Assembly (NCBI GenBank): GCA_964035545.1
Contig: OZ037765.1
Coordinates: forward strand, 31,185,504 to 31,249,503
Source: Bugula neritina
Taxonomy: Eukaryota > Animalia > Bryozoa
Direction of reading: 5' to 3'
DNA length: 64,000 nt
The position numbers and the translations under genes are program-made. Below, in pieces: positions 34,801-46,800 of the stretch. The first letter of the stretch is position 1, and every line of letters starts with the position of its first letter. Below the pieces are notes generated by a model that ran no database searches, had not been told where the DNA came from, and saw nothing but the letters and a program-made list of their open reading frames with translations.

Positions 34801-37800
34801 ATGTAATAGAGTATAGAGATGCAATAGACTATAAATAAATTAAACTGTAGACATGTAATACCTAGAGTCCTAGACCATGGAGATAATATATAATCAATCA
34901 TTAATTCCACATACCTGAACTCTATCCCATTTTAATCCAATATGTCTCAACTGGCTTTTCTCTGATTTCGCTAAAATTAAATTGCATGATTATTAAAAGG
35001 TGTTGAAAATGCTACAGAGAAATATCTGTAATATAGAAAATAACTTGTAATAAAGAAGTTCATTTGATATAGCAAAGAGAAACTGTGAAGGTAAATCACG
35101 GGTCACAATAATTATTTGAACAGAAAAACTACAGCAGTGATCTAGCATTGGTCAACATGCTATTGCACTTGGCAGCAGCACACTAGCACTTGGCAAGTGC
35201 AAGATTCCGCGCCAAGGATCTTCTGGTTGTCACATTTTCATATAGCATTTATTGAAACACCATCTAACACAATGCGGCAATATATGTTCAAATAAAACAT
35301 CGTTCCAACGACCAGTATGTATTGACACAACATCATTAGGTGCTGACATGTATAAGCAGCATGTGCAGCTGAAAAGTAGGAAGAATCACAAGAATCACAA
35401 AAGCTGATGAATTGGGGAGTTGTGTACTATATGGGAAAGGTAGACAGGACAGAGTAATAGAACTACTAATACTCTCATTATATTAGTACTAAAAGTAAAT
35501 TATTAAGAATTCTATTCTAAGCTTGTTGGAATGACAGTGGAACGGATTGCAATTTACCCTCTGCTTCGCAATCATCTGATTGTATGAAGTTGTCTCCCTG
35601 GTCTGTACACACAATGAATATATTTACTATATGGTCCAGTATAGTGCAGTATACAATGTAGTTATCATAAGCTGATTTTAAAAGGCAATTTTTGTATTCA
35701 CATGTCAAGCTGTAGAACAATGTCTTAAAAAAAATTCAAGGTCAACTTAGCAGTGACTACATAACATTGATTATTTCATGTTATGATTTACTATACTGAC
35801 AGAGCGTAGTACAAGACTGACCTGTCCTTATGGCTCCCAAGGCATATGCCATCTTGCTGGCTCCTCTTAGAGATAAACTACTTGTTCTATAAAAAGAAAG
35901 AAATCAACAACTTCAATCATGTTGAAATAATGCTGTAGTAATACATGGTTAAATGTGACACACAATTAGAGCTTCATGCAGACGAAAACATTTACAAGTC
36001 TAAAATATTATCAATACTATTGTTTCTGAAAAAATATATATGTTGTGCATAAAATATAATATGTTAAATGTTCAGATGAAAATCTCACTAATACTTCCAC
36101 GAAATAAGTAATAAGATTAATGGGTAGAAAACATAAGTTTTGCATGAATCTGCCATTATTATTCTATTGTGATAATATAATGTATAGAGGCGCTCTTGAA
36201 GAATAACTACATCCTGCAAAAAGAGTTTACAAAACATACATGTACTTTATATATATTACATGCACTATTTTTAGAGATTCTTTGTATCTCTGGCTGAAAA
36301 TAAATTCTGTAGACACAAATCGTTGCCATGCAACACATTCTTCACCTTCACCTTGAATGCTCCATCAACCTGTGCTGGTGCACGGCCATCTTTCGTGAAT
36401 AGAATAAATCTTCTTTACAAGCGTTGCACTTGCCATTTCCTTTGCAGTACTTAGGGTGAAGCTTAAGAGCAAATCCTAAAGTTTTATTTCTTTCAACTCT
36501 GCCTATTCTTGTGTATAGAATGCTGACCCGTTCAATACCGAGTATGTACTCAAAAGGCTTTGCTCTGGCAGCGGCATGAGATTTGACAGCTTGGCTTGCA
36601 GACTTCCACTTTACAAATTTACAAGCTTTCAGTTGTAAACAAGGTATAGAGTGACATGATTCACAGAAGTCGCCATCTTTGATTTCAATTATTTTCCTAC
36701 TCTTTTGTTTTAGAGATTTTTTATTTCCAAGGTTATAATTAGCAACATTACTGCCCACAGCCTCTGTGACCAGTATTATAACTGGAGGGAGCTTAGGTAA
36801 TAAAGCTTTCTGTGCTAAACCTTCCACTAGTGGTTCAGAAAATAAGACTGACTTTGAACGTTCTTTATGAGCTTCAATACCAGACTTTGAAATACTTTTA
36901 GAATGAGAAGGCATGGGTGGCAACGATATTCGTTTTAGAAATGATGGATTTTTAGGTGTACGGTTTTCATAGAATTTAGAGTTATTGTGGCCACTCCAGC
37001 TGACTGAGAGCTTCTTCTTAGGTCTGACTGGCTGAGAAGCTAAGGCCTTGGTGATTGAGAGACTTCGTTCCATTGCCTCCGTGGCATGTTGGCAAACCAT
37101 TACGTCATTGGGAGCTCCCATACTCTTTTTCCGTTTAAAAATGCTGTCACGCTGAATTCTACTGGCCACTTTTTCTAAACGGCGCTTCATTCTACTCCAT
37201 TCACCCATAGGAAGCAAATGTGGCGGAGTTCTTCTTACTTTGCAAACTTTATCAGAACATTTGTTTTTAACTTTTTCATAATTCTCTGAAATCCATGGTA
37301 GCATATACCCGACACTGTGAGCTAGTGCTTTGAGTTTAAAAGGTTTATCCTTAGCCTTAGTGAATGATATGCCCTTGACCTTTTTGTAATATTCCAGAGA
37401 AGGAACTGGGGTTATAGAGGAGCGGTCCTTTTTCCACTGGTTGATTACTTGGAAATTATAATCGCTCCGTTCTCTGATTTTTGTTATGCTGGTTGCAAAA
37501 CGAAGTTCATTTTTATGAAACTCATCTTCAAACTGGGGTACTGTGGACGTATTAAACTGCGTGGCATAGAGCATGCCAAATAAGCTTGAGGGCAAGTGCC
37601 ACTTGGAATTCAACAGATCCTTAGAGTCTAGATCTTCAACACTTTTCTTATACTGAATTGGACAACCAACCTCACACGGCCTCTTTGCCGCCCCACACAC
37701 TACGCATATGTTTAATAACTTTGTAAGACCCCGATTCAACTTGTTGTGAGATATATTCTTATCTTTGTAATCATTCATAATCTCAAAGTCTAAGAGAGGA

Positions 37801-40800
37801 ACTCTCTGAAATGCTAGCTTGTCCTTTAGCTCCTTTTTCTTTCGATTTGCAGCCACCGTGCGACCAAAAGATGCATCAGCCATCATAAGATTCTTGTGTA
37901 TAACTACTTTCCAAAATTATTCCAACAGAAAATTTAAACAATAATTTGTAGAGATATTTTCAACAATCACATTTTTATATGCAATGTGATGCAACAATGA
38001 TTAAGCTTCATACATAATATTGCTTTAACAATCATTAGGCATTTAAATTCCTTTTCAGAGATTGTAATCAGTGTTTAAAAAACAAATATGAAAAATAAAA
38101 ATATAGTACAATATATCAAAAGCATTCTTTTAATTATAAGACTGAAAATTCATTAGGAATAGCATTTGCTAAAAATATTTATTTTCAAATCTTGAATAAT
38201 TTTGAGTTCCATAATAAACTACTTTATATTTCAGATAATAAAAATTGATCACCAATACTTTCAAATTCAAGTACTAAAATAGTATAACTTAAGACTAGTA
38301 TTTATCACTCAATGACCTCCACACCCTTAGATAATATTTATAAGCTTACGGGTTAGTTGGAGCCAAGGCAGGCGTAGACTGAGTAACTTGAATAGGTTTG
38401 GGCTCCGCCTTGAATTCTTGTCGTTTTCTTGTAGGTGCCTTGTAGATAATGAGTTTAGTGTCATTGTAGAGTCGACCTTGATTCACCATCCTCTCTGGTG
38501 CTGGTCTGATATCAGGATCCGGGTGTACAAATGAGGTTATGCTTTGTGGATAACATTTATCACGGTTCTACAGAATAAAAAAATATTTTTTTTAAATTAA
38601 TGGTACAATGTTGAACAAAAGTAAATACTAAATAATTGAGTGACTAAAAGGCTACACAACTGTAGCCCTGTTCTTGTCATTGTATTTGTAAGACAATAAT
38701 TGTCCAAATAAAATATCAGTTATATTTCACGAAACTAAATTAAAACTCATCTTAATCATAAAAAATACTGAATGTAGTATTGGAGTGAGGAATTTAACTC
38801 AATACCAGCTTTGTTAATAAATTGTGCAACTCAAAATACAATAATTTATGTAGGGTTAAATAACTGAAAGTCCAGCAGCATGAAATAGAAATCAGCCCTT
38901 CTGCTGATTGGAGCAAATAAAACCCTTAAGTATGCTGTTATGACTTATGTTACTTAGTTTAACAATGAAACTAGTATACTGTGAGAAATCAAAGTAAAAC
39001 AATAATCATTAGCAAATGTGTATATGACAGCTTTTTCAACAATAAACTTCCTGAAAAACTAGCTTTGAATACAATTAATAGTTCATACAAGAAAAACAAG
39101 AAAATATTATGGTGTGCAATTAATGTGAGATGAGAGATAAAAAAACTTTTTATAAATTACTGCACGGTGAAAAATAATAGACAAATTTCAATGACTGCAA
39201 TTCCCAGAATTACAGAGAACTTCTTTTAAATAGAAATTATTTTTAGCCTAATAAAAAGCAAAGTTTACCTGCTGCAGTTGTGTGTTACATTACATATAAA
39301 AGCATTCTTGAGCAATTTTGGGCATTAATTAAACTTTAAAAATTGAAGTGAAGATCAATGTAACTGTTGACTATTTTTGCATAACTGCCTGAAAAAAACT
39401 GCCTGAAAAAGTAGCTTTATTATTTTTAACTATATTATAAAGCAACACTTGTTTACTGAAATGACAACTCCAACCAACCTTCCCCAACAATACATCGAGA
39501 AAACTGTCTGTTATCAAATCAAAAATAATAAATTTAAACAAAAGCAGAAACTAAAATATAAAATTATAAAGGAGAAAATAACAACATCCAATACCTTCTT
39601 GCATATTGTACAAGTACAGTATAGAAACTACAATGCATAAGAAATATATGCATTAAACTCAATAAATAAAAAATGAAAAGCTTTACACACTAATAGAACT
39701 TGATACTCTATTGATACTCAATATTTAAAAGCTTATGTTAGGAATCACTACAAGCATAATTGCTTAAAAACTACATTGACTGTAACTATAATAATTCTAA
39801 AAGCTCCAGTTTTGAATTAAACAGTAGTTTATTGCCTACGCCCTACAGCAACATAAAAAGGAAAGATGAAAACATTTAGAAGAACTCTGAAGAGATATGG
39901 GAATGAACAGAATATTAGTTAGTACGTATATAGTACTGTGTATGACATACCACACGGCTGATGGGTAATGTCTTAGCCTTAGGTATCTCTTTAGAATAGT
40001 ATTTAAGGTGCATCACAGGTGTGTAGCTGTCCACCTCATCCACTTGTTCGGGGAGGGCTGGCATACTAGCCGTGGTCTGGAAAAGAACAGAAAGGAGGTC
40101 AGGCTATATTTTACCACAAAAACGTGAAATAAATATTTATATAATAATATATCAGCTTAGTGGTGATGAAAATCTAAAGATTTTAGGATGAAGAAAGTTT
40201 CAACAATTGATAGCCAGCATTAATTGGTTTTTATGAAGTTTATGCCAATTTCATATTCTTTTATTCTTATAAAACTCGAACGAATTTATAGTCGCCAACA
40301 TTGTGAGAAACCTTCATGGAAAGAACTTTTATGATTAAATACCCTTTATAACATCACCAATGGCCTTTAATAGGAGTCGAACACTGATTATATGTTTACC
40401 AAGTCAGTGCTCTGCTAACTAGACCATGATGCTCCCTATTTATTTTGCTCTTGTATAGATTGTCAAAAATTTAACATAAAACTGCCCTATGAATATGATA
40501 AACAAGATTCAAGGCTACAATGAATATTTAATAGAAAATCAGCTAAATTATGTGTTATTTAAACAATGAGTTATAGTAAAGTTACTAACAAGTATAGTAA
40601 CAACGTACGGTAACAGGCTGCCGTGATGACAATCCAGATCTGGCAACAGTCTTAGCAACTGATGAAAAGTCCCTTTTGGCTAAAAATATTTAATGTAAAT
40701 ATTTATTTATGATTTTAGGATCAAACAAATGCCGTTGAATCAGTTCGATAATTAGCAATTAATTTCCATTTGAATACTATTTTTTAAGATCAAATACATA

Positions 40801-43800
40801 GTAGTACTGCAGCAACACGATAAAATAGACTTACAGGCTCTGGTGAGTAGACGACTCCCCATACTCTCCACTGATTTACAAGCAGCTTCATACACCTTGT
40901 CCTGAATTTGTACCAACTGCTTGCTCAGTCTATCTAATGCCTCTCTCTACATACATAAGTTCAGTTGAGGAACGAATAGGGCTCCAGTAGTAATATAGAC
41001 ATTATAGTCATAAGGCGTTGAATGGTAACAAACACAATTCCTAAAGTGGTCTTATGATCAAGTATATAACAATGTAACATATATATATATATATAGTACA
41101 TGCATTATACATAGTGCACACTAAAATGCAAATTATAATAAGTTTGGAAGCTAAATTAAGAACTGGCTAATATAACCATCACAGGACAGTCTTCCATGCA
41201 TTAATAAGTGCACAAATATATGTCCAAAATATTTCAATATTTAGTTTAGAGGATGTGAAAGCAATACAACATATCATACAAGTGTAAGCGTAACATCCAA
41301 ATAAAGCTAAATATAAACAAAAATTGCCACACTAAACTTATAAGTGAGTAGTACAACATATATTATAAAGAACGTGTGTATAAATAATAACATCAGCTAG
41401 TTGGCACATAAGTGAAAAATTATAAATCAATTTGGAGTTGCCCTACTTACAAACTTTCTGGTTTCCTCAGTACACATCTCACTCTTTAATAGCAATAGCA
41501 TAGTATTTAGTGACAATTTTCTACATAGTTTGAATGTATTAGATAAATAAAAAAATATTATGCTACTGATTTATTCTAGAAAAGCTAGAAGAAAGTGTGT
41601 GCTTATCAAAACAATTCTTCCAATAAAAGAGAAGACTCAAAATTGGATATGTAGATTCACATATTTTTTACAAAAAATATATAATTTAGCGACTGCATAT
41701 ATGCATAACACTGCAGAGATTATCAATCTAGCTCTAGCACTACAGAGAATGCATGCATGATTGCAGAAGTACTTCAAATATAACATATTGATAGGCAACA
41801 CTGTACCTGACACTATGAACAGGTGTTTAAAATGTTGCAACTAGTTTTAAAATAATGTTCATAAATGAACATTATATAAAGCAGTAATTGATGTACACTA
41901 ATTTTTGTAGATTAAGAATTATCATACCAATGCCAGACTCTGCAATTAAATTGAACGAATCATGAACATATAACTTTTCCCAAATATATGATTCAGTCAT
42001 CCACATAACCTCATACAGAAATACATGTTACCTAATTAGTTTTTTTAGTAAATTATACAACATATTTCACATAATTATAACAAAATCACAGAGATGTACT
42101 GTATGCATTTCTCATTATACACTACAACCAAATAAAGGATGGGAAGATAATTTCTAAATACAAAACATTGATAAAAATGAATGTAGCTTTGCATAAAGTG
42201 TTGAGGAACTATGTTAATAACAATCTAATACAAAAATCATGTAGCGTAAACGTAATACAAATAATATACTAAACAGCTATGAAATACTTAAATATACAGA
42301 AAAACACAATAATATATACTTACATTGATGTCCATATTATCTTCACTCTCTCTCCAAGGCAGGCGAGCTTGTCTCCCTGAAGAGGCTGTGTATAATATAT
42401 AAATAATTGAATTAGAAAGAGATGCAAACGTCAAAACCTAAGTTTTACTCTAAATCCACTATAACATTGTAATGCACTAATAAAAAGCAGTATTTATAGA
42501 AACAGTCCTTACATACCATTATAACGGTAGTGAAGTGATAGCTCGTTTACAATGTATTGCATTGTAATTGTATTGAAAAATATCAGTTGGCATAACATTT
42601 TAAATATCAGCAACAGTAAACTAGCTCTGTTGTGCCTGATTTGCTATAATAAGTAAAAGTTTTAAATTTTCTCTGAGAGATGTGTAGTCTAAGTGCATAT
42701 TCCATGTGGTTAGGTAATGGGGGGGGGGTATACAGACACATCCCTCACAGCCTTCATTTGAGTAAATTGTCTGTTTTGTTTAAGAAGAAAAGTAGTAAAA
42801 TCACAGGATAATAGAATTGCAAATTTATGTTAATTTAGTTTTAAAAAACAATTGGCTGGTCATCCAATGAGCTATAAGAGTTCAGGTAAGCAACCACTTG
42901 AGTGTTTAAGACAAGACTTGGTCCCAACACCGCCCTAAGTCATGTGATCAGATACGTACGTTTCTCTACATAGTTCCCTGGCACAGCTATGGCCACCTGG
43001 TCCAGTGAGTTGGGGTCTAGCTCATTCAGGTATGGCCTCAGAGCACTGAATTCTACTCTGTGGTGCTCTGACTGCCAGTAATCATCAGCTGGTGCATCAT
43101 ACGGCTCTGAAAACACATGTTACACAGGCTATAGCTCAAGCAGCTGAAACTTTTCGTTGGATCTCAACTTTAGACCAAAATAAATGGCACACAACAATTG
43201 TTTTGCTTACAAAATTACTACAAAGGCACATGCCCTACTGATATGGCATTTTATAACGTAATATTACAGTTTTTTCACTGCATTATGTCTAGTAATTAGA
43301 TTTTTAGCATGTAGCTATAGATTTCACAAAACCTTTGAATTTTTTGAAAATTGGAAAACTATAAAATGTTTAGCCACAGTAAAGCGGTGCCACTGGGACT
43401 ACCATGAAACATGAAGGAGTTAAATCAACTTTATCAATTCTGCAAATGTAATTTTAGGAAAAAGAGCACCATTTCCAATCATAATTTATTAAAAGGTTGG
43501 AGCTAAATGAATTTAGATATATAAACATATATTATACTAAATTACAAAATCTTGTAGAATTCTAAGAACATCTTAGTTCTACAAGTTTGCCATAGCATAC
43601 AAGTAGGAATCATTCTATTCCCGTAGTTCTTACTCAGCGTTATTAATGAAGAGTAAAGAAGAGGGATGTGCATGCAGAAGCAGATAGAAACAGTTGGTAC
43701 ACCATTCCACAGAGAAATAGAGAGTTGATAGCTAAAGTAGGGGTTGGTTTCACACGCTTTATATATAATATCATTCAATGGGTGAAAACTCTGGCATAGA

Positions 43801-46800
43801 AAGTTCCAGAGAGCAGTGGTCAAGAATTGCAAGTCAGTCAAATGTGCTGATATTTAGAAAACAAAAGCAAATTCAATATGCTTTTATATTTACACAATTT
43901 CATTGAATATGATGGCAATCAATAATTAGAAGTATAGTATTCTACTATACTAAAACTATAATATAAATAATATGAATAAGGTGAGTACTGAAATGTAGTG
44001 TTGTATAGACAGCTACGAACTGTAATAAAAACGATAAATACACGAGCATTGGACACATACATATTACATAACATGGTCAAGTACACCAAATTTACTGTGT
44101 TCATATTTATATAGCAAGTCCTGAAATTTCGTCTTGTAAATGAGTAACAGAAAAGATCACTTCTAAACATGGGGTACCGAGTGCATTCAATGCAATTAAA
44201 GGTTCGTATGTAATAATTTGACAGAAAGTGTGTAGGGAGATCAAAAAGCACTTTCTGTTTGCAACTCATAGCTACTTAAGTGTAAACTACAAGATAAACA
44301 ATTAATTAGACTTTAATCATATGTTGTCTTATTTATACTTAAGACAACACGATTAAAAACTATAAAGAAAGTTTTACAGTTCTATATGGTTTTACAGCAT
44401 ATATAGAACTGTAAGAAGTTCTCAGTCCAATAAAATAGTGACCAAAATAAGAAAAATAATACGCAATGTCTTTTGAGGACAAGTTAAAAACCTGAAAACC
44501 ATATTTCAGTTTACTACATCGTACTATATTTGTATCAGTATACTAATGAATAAATTCTATACACAGTCAGTAAACACAGACAAGGAGAACTAGTTGATAG
44601 ACAAGGTGTATAGGTAACATCACATTTGCCATAGAAAAGAGTTGTGAAGTTGACCATAGAGCTAGAAGCATGGGTGCACCCACTACAGTATTATTACCAG
44701 AAGTAACTGAAAGATCAATACTCATGCTACTCATGCTACAAGTATCTGAGTAGTCAGATGGTGTCAGCTCCACCATTTCTGTAACTGTGGATGGAATTGG
44801 TATATTAGTATGTGAATTTATGCAAACAGCTAGTACTTGAAGCTGGAATGCATTTAGAATATACAAGCATATGATTTATAAACTTATAAATCAAAACATC
44901 TGAAAAAAAGTAAAAAAAAAACTAAAGGAAGAAGTTAGAAAACAAAATTGGTAAAGCCTTATTTGAATCAGTACTGAAAAAGAAGTTTTTGATTGATTTT
45001 TCCACTTCAGTATTGACTTGTATAAAAACCTTTGGTTGTTGAACTTCGGTCTACTGGACTTTTGACAATGACTTTACTATGCTCCCGAGTCGGCTGTAAC
45101 TCGTCGGGTACGGCAGGTTTGGGTCTGTTTTCAGTTTCAGCTTTCCTGTTGGACCTTTTTGTTCGCCTGGCAGCTTCGTCCGTCACGTCAGTGAACAAAC
45201 TGCTGACCACCGAGACTTGACTCATTGACTTCGCGTCTGTTTGTGACTCATAATCATGAGCAGACGTGTCATCAGCCTCCTCATCATCAACCTGATTACA
45301 TCATCACAAATCTGATGACATCATCACAAAAATGATGACATCATCACAAATCTCATGACATCATTATCAACCTAATGACACCATAACTAATACGATGGCA
45401 TCAATTATCTCTAGAAAGCTTTTGGTTTGATTCTTATACTAAATAAATAATTATACTAAATAAATAATTAGGCCAAAACAAATTGTAACATGAACATTTT
45501 TACAAAATTTTCAAAAAGAAGTTCTGCAGTGTAAAAACTTTTATGTCAATTAAATTTAGTATATCCCAATTTATAAGCTGTAATAAATTAACATATTTAC
45601 CTATGAAAGAATAGTATAATACTGGTAACACCATTAGATAGCTTAAGACAACCTGGAGTTCACGTTAATGAGCAATAACTTGACCCACTTATAATAAGCT
45701 GCATCTTTTAGTAACTCTAGTTATTTTAAACACTCAGAAACATGGCACAATAAATCGTAATGACAAATATAATACCTGATGCAAAGATTGTGTGTACACA
45801 TACACATGCATGTATAATACTTTTATGTATAATGAAGACTAATGAACCATTACTAACTCGCATTTCAAAATATTAACTATTATATAAAAATATATTAGAT
45901 TAGAACATGAAATGACGATATTCTCAGAATAGCAACATCGACAAACAAGTATAAGATGGACAAAGCTTACATTGTAGACGGTGCTGCCTTCAACCGTATC
46001 TCCAAAGGGTGAAACTTCAGACTCCCGGCCTCCACCCTCCAGAGGTTCTTTAAAACTCAACTTTGAATGAGTTGACCTCTGAACTGCTGCCTGTGGGTGC
46101 AGCTGTTATCAACACAAAGTAGTGCAGAATAACAGAATACTTGGGTAGTTATCCAATAAAATGATGAAATAAAAGTACGAGTATGTATTGGACTGATCTC
46201 ACAATTTTTTTATCGAATAAAGAAGATAATTCATCTTCTGTTTAGAAAAGAGCAATTATTCTTTGAGCAGATATGAAATGGCAATCTTTGTGCGGCAATC
46301 AGCAATATGTACTCTGCTACTCACTGTGATGATTTATTTAATTAGAAAGCTTGAAGTTCATTGATTCTACATGCTAAATTGATTTTCATCGAAAAATACT
46401 TTTTATGATATTTAAGATCAAAGTTGTTGTATGAATTTGTTATTTAATGTTAAATAATAACTTTTCAAGCATGCCTTAGTCCTTCTACTTTGTAGAATAT
46501 ACAGTTAAAATGAGAGTAAATTTACAACTTTTATAGCCAGAGTAACACATCATCTCATATTTTACTTACAGTTGTAGAAGGGGGATCAGCTTCTGGTAGG
46601 ACCAGACGGTTACCTGACTGATTAGCACCAATGATCTCTTCGGGACTGGTCATGCTAATGTGAAGCTGACTTGCACTAGTACCAGCTACAAGTCAAGATA
46701 AAAAGGAGACAACTCTAATTACATGTTATGTATGTAATACACACAATGCATATACTGGTTTTGTTCATACATGTACTTGTAACATTAAAAATATCTTGTA

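Noticed and set aside
43542-44866. Two 99-aa minus-strand ORFs in a HEATR9-like intron
   Set aside because: Host exons join in frame without them, and no motif or clear splice pair was found; cannot be excluded as alternative exons, but unsupported.
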